NCBI GenBank assembly: GCA_041640595.1
Contig: JBEPZY010000001.1
Span: 1,184,001 to 1,248,000, forward strand
DNA: 64,000 nucleotides
Origin: Gemmatales bacterium
GTDB taxonomy: Bacteria > Planctomycetota > Planctomycetia > Gemmatales > HRBIN36
Direction: 5' to 3'
The notes under the pieces are model-generated. The model was not told the origin of the DNA. It worked only from the letters and a program-made list of their open reading frames with translations, and did no database searches. Of the stretch, positions 21,940-31,237 are shown one piece after another. The position numbers were made by a program, and so were the translations under genes. How positions within the stretch are numbered: the stretch's first letter is position 1; every line of letters begins with the position of its first letter.

Positions 21940-22380
21940 ATGTCGAGCGAAGCTGTTAGCCGCACCACGCCGGCAACTGCTGGCCAGAATCGGGGCGAAG
22001 TATCAGCACGTCCACCGCGACGCTGGCGGGATAAGTTCGCCGATGCTTTCCGCGGTCTCAAGCTGGGAATCCGTGGGCAGTCCAGCTTTTTCGTACATTT
22101 TTTCGTGGCCGCCGCTGCCCTGGCTGCTGCTTGGGTAATGGCCCTGGACTGGGTCAGCTGGTGCTTGCTGCTGTTATGTATCGGCATGGTTTTGACAGCT
22201 GAGATGTTCAACAGCGCCCTGGAGACGTTTTGTCGCGGTCTGGACGAACCCAGCCGTAACCGTTGTGCCCCGGCTCTGGATATTGCCGCAGGGGCAGTGC
22301 TTTTAGCGGCGAGCACGGCAATTCTTGTCGGGGGAGCAATTTTTCTGGTTCGGCTGGCTGTTTTGCTGCACTGGTTCTAA
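21940..22380 (+). CDS. dgkA: Diacylglycerol/undecaprenol kinase (DgkA family)
   Basis: 'F..AFRG', 'AEMFNSALE', 'DIAAGAVL', three TM helices. Confidence 0.88.
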   Translation: MSSEAVSRTTPATAGQNRGEVSARPPRRWRDKFADAFRGLKLGIRGQSSFFVHFFVAAAALAAAWVMALDWVSWCLLLLCIGMVLTAEMFNSALETFCRGLDEPSRNRCAPALDIAAGAVLLAASTAILVGGAIFLVRLAVLLHWF

Positions 22381-22446
22381 AAGAGCCGCACCGTTGACTA
22401 AAATAATCGAGGCGAGGACGGAAACTCATCCTGGAGAGGGCTGCTT

Positions 22447-23169
22447 ATGCGCGTCCTGGTGGCTATTCCCGTATATAACGAAGAGCGGAACGTTGTGACG
22501 GTGTTGCGACAGGTTCGGGAATGGGTGAGCGAAATCCTGGTGGTCAATGACGGTTCGACCGATGGCACAGCCGATTTGCTGGCCCGGGAAAAAGACCTGC
22601 ATTTGATCACACACCGGCAGAATCGGGGTTACGGAGCGGCGATCCGCTCGGCCATGGCGTTTGCCCTGGCGCATCGTTACGAGGTGCTGGTGACCATGGA
22701 CTGCGATGGCCAGCACGAACCGCACCGGATTCCCGTGTTGCTGGAAGCCCTCAGCGAGGAAATCGAGCTGGTCTCCGGCTCACGTTACCTGCGCCGTTTT
22801 CATCATGACGACGAACCGCCACACGACCGCAGACACATCAATCAAGTCATCACCCAGGAGCTCAACCAGCGACTTGGTTTGCAAATCACGGATGCTTTTT
22901 GCGGTTTCAAAGCCTATCGGGTGCGTGCGCTCAAAGACCTGGACCTCGACGAAGATGGCTGGGGCATGCCTTTGCAACTGTGGGTACAGGCAGCGTTTTT
23001 AGGCTGGCGAATCCGCGAAGTGGCTGTCCCGCGCCTCTACCTTGACCCCCATCGAGCTTTTGGCGGTACGTTGAACGATCCCGAGGTGCGGCTGGCTTAT
23101 TATCGCAGTGTCCTCGAACGGGAACTAACCCGCTGTCTCATTGGCTGGCGGGGAGGCTACCGCGGATGA
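22447..23169 (+). CDS. GT2-family glycosyltransferase
   Basis: 'IPVYNE', 'NDGSTD', 'NRGYG', 'DCDGQH', 'DAFCGFKAYR'. Confidence 0.93.
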   Translation: MRVLVAIPVYNEERNVVTVLRQVREWVSEILVVNDGSTDGTADLLAREKDLHLITHRQNRGYGAAIRSAMAFALAHRYEVLVTMDCDGQHEPHRIPVLLEALSEEIELVSGSRYLRRFHHDDEPPHDRRHINQVITQELNQRLGLQITDAFCGFKAYRVRALKDLDLDEDGWGMPLQLWVQAAFLGWRIREVAVPRLYLDPHRAFGGTLNDPEVRLAYYRSVLERELTRCLIGWRGGYRG

Positions 23170-24869
23170 ATGCCGCCAGATGGCATGCCCCGCAGGAAGA
23201 CGGTGGCACACTCATCGAACCACCACCGTCCAACTGGCCTGAATGTGTAAAGACCAACGCCGAGTGTTTCCGGACAATCGAGACGCGATTCTGTGGCATT
23301 TCGTTGGCCGATTGGCGCAGCGAACTGCGCACCCTGGTTGCGCAATTGGCAAGTGTTCAGCTTCAGCGCTGGGGCGAAAATGTCCGCTGGCCCGAGGGAG
23401 GATTTCTGGTAACCGGCCATCAACCGGAATTGTTCCATCCCGGCGTCTGGGCCAAGTGCTTTGCCCTTGCCGAGGCTGCACCAAAAATCGGATTAGTCCC
23501 ACTGAATTTGATCGCCGACCACGACCAGCCGAAGCCTCTGGCCATTCGTGTCCCAGTCCGCAATGAACGGGGGCTGACTACGGAGTGGGTTCCGTTCTGC
23601 GATGCCAGCCCTGCCCTGGCATGGGAAGAATACGCTGTTAGCTGGGGACAGGAATACTCGTTACCAACACTGCAGGCACAACTTCAATCGAGCCCGCCTA
23701 TCCCCACACAGTCGGCACCAAACTTGTGTTCGGAAGAACGTTTTCAAAATTTCCCCAAACAGGTCGTGCGAATATGTGGTGATTTGTTACCGGAGATGAT
23801 TCTGCCGGACTTCTGGTCGTTAGCGATGGAGCTAGCGGCGCGACTCAATCCCCCGGCCTGCCTCGCGGAGACTTTGTCCGGAGCCAGAAGGCTCTGGGAA
23901 CAGCGCTGGGGTTATCACAACGCCGAATTGCGAGTCTCGGCCCTGTCAGATACGGAACCGTTTCATGCGTTTGTCGTCACGTTGCTCGATCAATTGCCGA
24001 GCTTTGTCCAGCAACACAACGCCGAACTGTACGCTTTTCGACGCGAGAACCGTCTGCGCAGTCGCACCCATCCGGTGCCTCCATTGCGGAGCGCTGAGGG
24101 TTGGTGCGAATCTCCTTTCTGGGCGTGGACGCGTGGCCAACCGCGACGACCGTTATGGTGGTCTGCTCGGAACGATGGCTGGCAATTGCGTTTGGGGGAA
24201 GCCGGCCCAATTCTTCACGTCCGCGCCGTTCGACGTCGGGAAGATTTATCAGTCTGGCGGCAGGCACTTCAGCAGGCCGGGTGGAAAATTCGTCCCCGCG
24301 CACTGACCCTGACACTTTTCGTCCGCCTTTTCCTTGCTGAGCTGTTTGTGCACGGCATCGGTGGAGCAATTTACGACCGGTTTACCGACCGACTACTATG
24401 GCGTGTGTGGGGAATCAAGCCGCCGCACTACACGGTGGTTTCGGCAACGTTGCGGTTACCATTGCCGCGTCCGGCAGTACCCTCGTGGAACCGTGCGGAG
24501 TTATTACAGCGTGTGCGCGATTGCCAGTTTAACCCCGACCGCGTCTTACCACCGCAAGCCCTGGCGCTACCGCAAGTGCAATCGCTGGTAGCGCGCAAAC
24601 GAGCTCTTCTGCAGCAATGGGCTGAGGCTAGCCGAGAGCAACGACCGGTCCTGCATCGGCAGCTTGCAGAAATCCGCGAGGCTTTGCGGCCTATGACGCG
24701 GCAGGTCGAGGCAGAGCTACGCCAGCGACTCAATATGCTCGCCCATTATCAGGCACAATCGGCTCTGGTAACGGCTCGCGACTGGGCTTTCGTCTTATAC
24801 AGTGACAGCGCGTTGACACACCTGGTGGAAATCGTCCGGCAAAAATTCTCGGTGTTGCGAGGCGTTTGA
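23166..24869 (+). CDS. Hypothetical protein (567 aa), possibly distantly BshC-like
   Basis: ATGA-coupled to the GT2; motifs 'TGHQPELFHPGVWAK', 'DHD', 'IRPRAL', 'HGIGG..YD', C-terminal coiled coil. Confidence 0.75.
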   Translation: MNAARWHAPQEDGGTLIEPPPSNWPECVKTNAECFRTIETRFCGISLADWRSELRTLVAQLASVQLQRWGENVRWPEGGFLVTGHQPELFHPGVWAKCFALAEAAPKIGLVPLNLIADHDQPKPLAIRVPVRNERGLTTEWVPFCDASPALAWEEYAVSWGQEYSLPTLQAQLQSSPPIPTQSAPNLCSEERFQNFPKQVVRICGDLLPEMILPDFWSLAMELAARLNPPACLAETLSGARRLWEQRWGYHNAELRVSALSDTEPFHAFVVTLLDQLPSFVQQHNAELYAFRRENRLRSRTHPVPPLRSAEGWCESPFWAWTRGQPRRPLWWSARNDGWQLRLGEAGPILHVRAVRRREDLSVWRQALQQAGWKIRPRALTLTLFVRLFLAELFVHGIGGAIYDRFTDRLLWRVWGIKPPHYTVVSATLRLPLPRPAVPSWNRAELLQRVRDCQFNPDRVLPPQALALPQVQSLVARKRALLQQWAEASREQRPVLHRQLAEIREALRPMTRQVEAELRQRLNMLAHYQAQSALVTARDWAFVLYSDSALTHLVEIVRQKFSVLRGV

Positions 24870-24889
24870 ACCCATAGCGGTTCACCGGA

Positions 24890-27145
24890 CTAGGCCGCTT
24901 GGCTGTGCGACCAGCAACAGGAGGACGCCTTGCCCACTGCATTCAAGGTACGTTTACGCTCCGCCACTTCGTAAAAGATATCGAGCAGAGCCCGGTACAA
25001 ATGATCCATCGTCCAGTCTGCGGCAGCACGACGAGCATGCAGGGAACATTGCCGGCGGATATCTGGTTGGGAGAGCAAATCCAGATACTCCGCCAGTCTC
25101 CAGTAATCATGCGGGTCATCCAGCACGAAACCGTTCAGCGGCGGGGTCAACAATTCGGCGGCGCCGTTGTAGCAGGTGGTGATGACGGGCAAACCGCAGG
25201 CCAGGGCTTCCATGACTACCAGCGAACAGGGATCGTAAAAGGTGGGATGCACGACAAAATCCGCAGCGAAGAAGCAGCGTCGCACGTCCGCTTGGTAGCC
25301 GAGAAAATGTACCTGTTCACTCACGCCCAACCGGTGAGCAAGTTGTCGGTAAGCGACATCCTTCCGACTGCCGCAAACCAGCAACCGCAATGGTTTGCCG
25401 CGAAGAACCTGCATGGCCTGGAGAAGTGTCCCCAGCCCTTTGAGGGGATAGTTGTGGCCGACGAACAACGCCACCGGGACATCGGGGGCGATGCCCAGGC
25501 GTTGCCGCATTTCCTGCCGCAGATTTTCCCGCTGGTCCTCGGCGAATCGCTGAGGATCAATGGCGGCATGCAAAACACGAATTTGGTCGGCAGGAAGATG
25601 GTAATAGCGTTGACAATGGCGTTTGACCATATCGCTTACCGCGATGATCAACGGTCGGCGTCCGCGACAAAACTGTTTGCGCTCCAGCAGTAAATACGAC
25701 CAGTAGCAGATGTCCAGCATGCGCCACACTCGAGCTATCCCCCGTCGCCACCAACTGCGATAGCGCAGGATGTTGTGGTCGGCGTTGGCCACATGCAAAC
25801 CGCCTCCGAGAATGATTACGTCCTGGTGCCAGGTTTTGACAAAGCCGACCGTAACGTCAAAATGCTGTTGTCGCAGGGCATCTTCGCAGGATTGTGCGAA
25901 ATACCACGGCCGCAAAAACCGCGGCATCCACCGCATCGGCAAACGGTGGAAAATGAGGCTGTCTGGCAAAGCCTCCGCATCCCGCTGCCAGGCAAAGAGG
26001 TGAACCTCGTGACCGTCTCGTATCAGTCGGCGAATCAGATCCACGATAAAGACTTCCATGCCCCCACGGGCCGGATACACTTTGTCGTAACACAGCGCAA
26101 TCCGCAGCGGTACTGGATGGCAGGGCAGAATGGACGAAGAACTGTTCCCGCTACTCCAGACACGAAGGCCTGCCGCCCGACCTCCACTGCTCTCCGACGG
26201 CGTTTCGATTGTTGGCGTGGACGGTTGGTCAGATCGTGATGAACTCGTTGTCGCCTCAGTATGTATCCACCAGTTTCGCTTGGATTGTACACCGGCGTGA
26301 TGGGCATTTTGCCGGCGATAGCGTTCGGCTTTGCGCAGGACTCGACGCAATAGGCGCAGGTCGCATGGGTTTAGCTGGTCGCGATTCAGGTAGGAGCGGA
26401 AGAAGATCATCCAGTCGTCCGGCTCCAGGCCCGGTACGGACATGGAGAATGCTAATTGTGCTAAATCCTTGGTTCGCCAGCGCCAAACGAGCCAGTTATG
26501 CTGTCGCATCCGGTGCAGGTCAATCAGATAGATCCGGTCGCGCAATTCTGCATCGGGGCGCAAACACTCAGCGGGCAGGAAAAAGTGGCACAGGTACAAA
26601 TCCTTGTGGAATCGTTGGGCAGCATGTAAGCGACGCACCAGCTGACCCAGATGCTGGAGCAAGCACGTTTTCCAGTGCTGAAACTCCTGCGGAGTAAGCA
26701 TTCGCCAGGCAAGCGGTATAGCCTGGTGCAACGGAAGCATGTCTTGGAGCTCGCGCACCGCCAGGAAACTTTGCAGACGCAAGCCCGGTCCAAAATGTTC
26801 TCCTGCGGCCAGGGCTTCAGGGACAGCCAATCCCGCTGCTTTCGCCCATTGCAGGTTTCGCCATTCCTGCATGGCACTGGATTCCCCGAACCCACATAAC
26901 ACCGTCAGACGCTGCCACAACGGTAACCAGTAGTGGCGTTTCAAAAAAAGAGTCAATTGACCGTCGGGGCCGCTCACGGTCAACTTCCCCACCGAACGCC
27001 CTTGCTTGGAACTGGCGATTTCCTGCACCGACCACCGCAGCACATCTTGCACGGCAGCCTCGCCGAAGTAGCGCCGCCAGGTCGGTGTGCTTTCCACCAC
27101 GACTTTTCCTCGCCGCCAGCGTTGCCACCATGCATACCAGCTCAT
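24890..27145 (-). CDS. Fusion: LPS kinase (WaaP/Kdo kinase-like) plus GT4 glycosyltransferase (WaaG-like)
   Basis: N-part 'FLKRH', 'EWRNL', 'FHKDLYLCHF', 'LIDLHR', 'KDLAQL'; C-part 'RGGME', 'KG', 'YDPCSLVVMEALACGLPVIT'; start may extend to 27235. Confidence 0.88.
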   Translation of the reverse strand: MSWYAWWQRWRRGKVVVESTPTWRRYFGEAAVQDVLRWSVQEIASSKQGRSVGKLTVSGPDGQLTLFLKRHYWLPLWQRLTVLCGFGESSAMQEWRNLQWAKAAGLAVPEALAAGEHFGPGLRLQSFLAVRELQDMLPLHQAIPLAWRMLTPQEFQHWKTCLLQHLGQLVRRLHAAQRFHKDLYLCHFFLPAECLRPDAELRDRIYLIDLHRMRQHNWLVWRWRTKDLAQLAFSMSVPGLEPDDWMIFFRSYLNRDQLNPCDLRLLRRVLRKAERYRRQNAHHAGVQSKRNWWIHTEATTSSSRSDQPSTPTIETPSESSGGRAAGLRVWSSGNSSSSILPCHPVPLRIALCYDKVYPARGGMEVFIVDLIRRLIRDGHEVHLFAWQRDAEALPDSLIFHRLPMRWMPRFLRPWYFAQSCEDALRQQHFDVTVGFVKTWHQDVIILGGGLHVANADHNILRYRSWWRRGIARVWRMLDICYWSYLLLERKQFCRGRRPLIIAVSDMVKRHCQRYYHLPADQIRVLHAAIDPQRFAEDQRENLRQEMRQRLGIAPDVPVALFVGHNYPLKGLGTLLQAMQVLRGKPLRLLVCGSRKDVAYRQLAHRLGVSEQVHFLGYQADVRRCFFAADFVVHPTFYDPCSLVVMEALACGLPVITTCYNGAAELLTPPLNGFVLDDPHDYWRLAEYLDLLSQPDIRRQCSLHARRAAADWTMDHLYRALLDIFYEVAERKRTLNAVGKASSCCWSHSQAA

Positions 27146-27246
27146 CCTGGTCTCCGGTTCTTCCGTAAAATCTTCGCTCAGCCAGTCTCTCGAATCGCCC
27201 GAGGTCACGCAGCTAGCCAACTTGCGCTGTGGCAAGTTTCAGACAA

Positions 27247-28086
27247 TCACGCGTCAGCATAAAGGAGGCAATCCTGGAGAGCTACCTGCCAGCGCCGCTT
27301 GCGTACCACCGTTTCACGGCAACGCTCAGCTTCGCGCCGCACAGCTTTCCACAAAGGCAGACACCGGGCGCCAGTCGGTTGTAGTCGGTCTCCTCGTAGT
27401 TGGCCGGCGGTCAAACGCCCCAGATAGGTTTCCAGGAACTCCCGAAATTCCCCTGCTCTAGCCTGCCCTTGCGGCAGGGACGAAGCCAGTTTGGCCAGTT
27501 CGCGGATGCGTTCGGGCCAAGGGACGAACTTGTCCTGCCAGGAGCGAGCCAAATCGAGTACACCGATTTCCTGGTCAGTTAACCGCACGTAAATGTGCCA
27601 GGCATACAGATCGGGGTGGGCCAACCCGGCTCCGTGAAACTTAGCGAGCCAACTGGCCAATCGTTTCAATAGGCCTTGCCATTCCTCGGTAGAGGCTCCA
27701 ATAGCGTATTTGTCCAGTGGTACGCAATCCTGAAGTTCGGCAGTCAGCAAAAAGCCCTGCGAGCCGCGCTGCCCACAAGCCAGCACTGTTGGCACCAGAA
27801 AACCCGCCGCCTGTGCTCGGCGTAACATCCGCCATTCACGAACCGATTTGCCTACTGGTCCAAAACCATCCCACCAGTTGCGGAATTTTTCCTTGGCAGC
27901 AATGCGAAATTCTCGTTTCAGATACGCCGTCAATGGCCCCAAGCGCAGGCGTGTTACACTACGGCTACCGTTTTGCCGACGCCGCACCACCACACCTTGG
28001 CTCACCTTCAAAAAATCATCGAAGCGCAGCAGATTTTGTTCCTGCAGCAGGGTCAGGTAACCAGGATGCCGCCACAGCAATTCCAT
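27247..28086 (-). CDS. Lipopolysaccharide kinase (Kdo/WaaP/InaA family)
   Basis: 'YLKRE', 'REW..L', 'HPDLYAWHI', 'LDLAR'; GGAGG before ATG 28086. Confidence 0.85.
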   Translation of the reverse strand: MELLWRHPGYLTLLQEQNLLRFDDFLKVSQGVVVRRRQNGSRSVTRLRLGPLTAYLKREFRIAAKEKFRNWWDGFGPVGKSVREWRMLRRAQAAGFLVPTVLACGQRGSQGFLLTAELQDCVPLDKYAIGASTEEWQGLLKRLASWLAKFHGAGLAHPDLYAWHIYVRLTDQEIGVLDLARSWQDKFVPWPERIRELAKLASSLPQGQARAGEFREFLETYLGRLTAGQLRGDRLQPTGARCLPLWKAVRREAERCRETVVRKRRWQVALQDCLLYADA

Positions 28087-28146
28087 CGGCTCGCCTCCGT
28101 GCTCGAAAAGACCTAATAATTGGCAATTGGGAAACAGCACTCGGCT

Positions 28147-28258
28147 CGCTTCCGTGCTTTCGCTGTAATCAAGGATGATAAGGCCTCGGGGCGGGCAAAT
28201 CTCGCAGTGGGGTTAGACCACCGCTTCCGTGCTTTCGCTGTAATCGAGGATGATCAGG
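28147..28258 (+). repeat. 33-37 bp direct repeat x2 with a ~38-42 bp unique insert (period 75)
   Basis: CGCTTCCGTGCTTTCGCTGTAATC(A/G)AGGATGAT at 28147-28179 and 28222-28254, one mismatch. Confidence 0.92.
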
Positions 28259-28325
28259 AGAGGCCTGCCATCGCCTTATGGAAGCTGGTGCTTTCACGAT
28301 GCGCTTGCGAATCCGTGATCGGGAA

Positions 28326-29480
28326 TTAAGGATTCCGGTTTAGGCTAGGGATGAATGCAGCCGAGGCTTGCACAGTCTCGAGCGGGACAGTGCAAGCATC
28401 CCGCCAGCGATGCAGCCAGGAGCATGCCTGTTCAAAGACAAATTCGGGCGCCAGTTCGCGCATGCAGCGGTGATCGCGCGGGCATCGCCGCAATTGACAC
28501 GGTCCGCAGGAGACAACCTGTTGCAGGTGCAGCGAGCGCGGATGGAAAGTTTCCGTCCAGGCGATGTGAGTCGGCCCGAAGATTGTAACCACTGGACGGT
28601 CAAAAGCTACGGCAATGTGTCGCGGCCCGCTGTCCGTAGTAATCAGCATCGCCACCCGTTTCAGGCACGCCTTGACCAATCCCAGATCGATCCTTTCGTG
28701 GTGCAATCCATAGACCTGCGGATGGCTGGAGAGCTTTTCAATTTCCTGGGCAATTTTTCGCTCGGCTGGCCCACACAAGACCAGAACACCACATGCCAAT
28801 TCCCAGGCCAGCCGGCGGGCCAGTTCCGCGAAATAATCCACAGGCCAGCATTTCGCCGAACCGTAAGCCGCTCCGGGGTGTAAAGCCACCACCGGACGAG
28901 TTTGCCAATTCCGCTTCTGCCAGATGCGCTCTGCGGCCGCCTCCTGCTCTGGTGTGGTAAATAGCTGCATTTGCACTCCGGGATCGGGGCATCCCAATCG
29001 CTGAGCCAGGCGGTTATAGGCCAGCAGGACGGGATAAGGTAACCGTCGGCCCTTTTCGATGGCTGGCCAGTCGAGTGCTTCCGTGAGTAACCAGCTGCGA
29101 CCATCTCGTCGGTAACCGATACGGTTTCGGCAGCCACCCAGCCATGCCGCCAGCGCTGTCCGCAGGGAATTGGGAAATAATAAGCCCCAAGTTGCCTGCC
29201 TGGAGCGCAGTTGACGTACCATCGGCCAAAAATCGTCACTGGCAATCGCGTCGTCGAACCAGGGACATCCCGCCAGCAGTTCGGACAGATAACGCCGATA
29301 AACCGCAACGATTAACGCCTGCGGAAAATGCTGTCGCAAAGCCCTCAGCGCCGGCGTGCACATGACCACATCTCCCACCCAATTCGGCAAAAACACCGCC
29401 AGCACCGGTTTGGCGTCAGGCTTCGTTCCGGCAACCAGGCGAACCCCACCGGTGGTTTCGTCGAGCATCGGGGTGGTCAT
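28326..29480 (-). CDS. waaF: LPS heptosyltransferase II (GT9)
   Basis: 'PNWVGDVVM', 'FPNSLR', 'PGAAYGSAKCWP', 'DSGPRHIA', 'FGPT'. Confidence 0.93.
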   Translation of the reverse strand: MTTPMLDETTGGVRLVAGTKPDAKPVLAVFLPNWVGDVVMCTPALRALRQHFPQALIVAVYRRYLSELLAGCPWFDDAIASDDFWPMVRQLRSRQATWGLLFPNSLRTALAAWLGGCRNRIGYRRDGRSWLLTEALDWPAIEKGRRLPYPVLLAYNRLAQRLGCPDPGVQMQLFTTPEQEAAAERIWQKRNWQTRPVVALHPGAAYGSAKCWPVDYFAELARRLAWELACGVLVLCGPAERKIAQEIEKLSSHPQVYGLHHERIDLGLVKACLKRVAMLITTDSGPRHIAVAFDRPVVTIFGPTHIAWTETFHPRSLHLQQVVSCGPCQLRRCPRDHRCMRELAPEFVFEQACSWLHRWRDACTVPLETVQASAAFIPSLNRNP

Positions 29481-29626
29481 GGCCGAACGAAACCTGCGGC
29501 TGCGCTGCAAATGGGACAGCCAGCACAGTTCTCGTGACTGAGCTGAACAAACTTATCTCCAGCAAGTGCCGTCTTTCGAGGAAGCAAGCTCCACACTGGT
29601 TCTGTCCTCCCTGGAAAGCGGACGAC

Positions 29627-31177
29627 CTAAGCCGCGCGGCTAACGGTCGCAGTCATCAACCGATGAATTAAAGCGGTGGTGCTGAACCCGTCATGGTACG
29701 CGGCAATATGGACACGCCCACCGTAAGATTGCACGAAATCGGCTCCGATTACTTCCTGGGGCCGGTAATCACCTCCTTTGACAAGCACATCGGGCCGAAT
29801 CCGGCGGATCAGTTCCAGAGGTGTGGCGTCGTCGAAGACCACCAGAAAATCCACCGCCTCCAGTGCCGCCAGGACGGCCAGCCGGGCTTCGCACGGTTGC
29901 ACCGGCCGATTCGCTCCTTTCAATTGCCGAACGCTGGCATCGCTATTGACCGCCACAAACAGGACATCTCCCTGAGCTTTGGCTTCCTGCAAATAACGCA
30001 CATGGCCCACGTGTAACAAATCAAAACAACCGTTGGTGAAAACGATACGCAGACCCGCCTGGCGGCAACGCTCGACTACGGCAGGGATTTCCTCGCTACT
30101 CAGGATTTTGCGAGGCGTAAGTCCCGCAGATTTTCGCCAGGAATTTCCGAACTGGCAGGCAGATTCCATTTCGCGGAGGTCCTGCAAAATTTCGTCGCGT
30201 GTTACGGGAGCAACACCGATCCGCTCGACTTCCAGTCCACCGGCCACATTGGCCAGACGGATAGCCTCGGGATAATCCGCTCCGGCCGCCAGTGCCATTC
30301 CCAGCATGCTCAAAACCATGTCGCCAGCTCCGGTAATGTCATACACCTGCCGGGGACGTGTCGGAAAATGCGATCGGCGGCCACTGCGGTCAGCCAGAAC
30401 CATGCCGTCCTTGTCGAGGGTGACAATGCACGCTTCCAGTCCCAGCCAGTCCAGCAACTGTCCGGCGGCAGCCAGTGCCTGCGGTACCGTAGTCGTCGCC
30501 AGTCCGGTCGCCAACGCAGCTTCGAGACGATTGGGCGTCAGGGCTGTGCAGCCCCGGTATTTTTCGTACACGTGGTTCTCGGCGGAACTCTTGCAACGCA
30601 CCGGGTCTGCCAGGATTTGTTTGCCTCTCGTTTTTGCTTCTGCCACCACCCAGGCCAACAGCGACGGCGTGCAAACGCCCTTGTCGTAATCGCTAACCAG
30701 AACGAGATCGGCCCGACCTATCCGCGGACGCAAAAGCTCACGCAACCGCGATTCGATACCGGAACCGATCCACTCACGGCTTTCGTAATCCACACGCAGC
30801 ATCTGCTGCGGATGGCGTTGCTGGGCCCGACCCATGTAACGTTCTTTGACGGTAGTGGGTCGGTCGGAGTCCACCAGCACAGCTTCGCGTTCCACTCCCA
30901 GATCATCGAGAAGCTGGCAAACACGGCGAGCATCGGCATCCTCACCAATAACTCCGGCCAGCATTACTCGAGCTCCCAGCGCACGTAGCAGGGTCGCCAC
31001 ACTACTGGCACCACCCAACCGTTCTTCCTTGCGATCCGCATGCAATAGCACCACCGGAGCTTCCTGACTGATCCGTTCAGCGTTGCCCCAGATGTAGCGG
31101 TCGAGCATGATGTCGCCCACTACAAGAATTTCCGGTTGACCCAATCGCTCCACCAGTGCTATCAGGTCGTTGGTCAT
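29627..31177 (-). CDS. hldE: Bifunctional heptose-7-P kinase / heptose-1-P adenylyltransferase
   Basis: 'GDIMLDRY', 'SDYDKG', 'DITGAGD', 'FTNGCFDLLHVGH', 'LVKGGDY'. Confidence 0.97.
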   Translation of the reverse strand: MTNDLIALVERLGQPEILVVGDIMLDRYIWGNAERISQEAPVVLLHADRKEERLGGASSVATLLRALGARVMLAGVIGEDADARRVCQLLDDLGVEREAVLVDSDRPTTVKERYMGRAQQRHPQQMLRVDYESREWIGSGIESRLRELLRPRIGRADLVLVSDYDKGVCTPSLLAWVVAEAKTRGKQILADPVRCKSSAENHVYEKYRGCTALTPNRLEAALATGLATTTVPQALAAAGQLLDWLGLEACIVTLDKDGMVLADRSGRRSHFPTRPRQVYDITGAGDMVLSMLGMALAAGADYPEAIRLANVAGGLEVERIGVAPVTRDEILQDLREMESACQFGNSWRKSAGLTPRKILSSEEIPAVVERCRQAGLRIVFTNGCFDLLHVGHVRYLQEAKAQGDVLFVAVNSDASVRQLKGANRPVQPCEARLAVLAALEAVDFLVVFDDATPLELIRRIRPDVLVKGGDYRPQEVIGADFVQSYGGRVHIAAYHDGFSTTALIHRLMTATVSRAA

Positions 31178-31237
31178 GCACTCACACCTCGGTTTTGTGG
31201 GAAAGGCACAATCGGCTTGGCTGTTCTCTGCCCGAGC

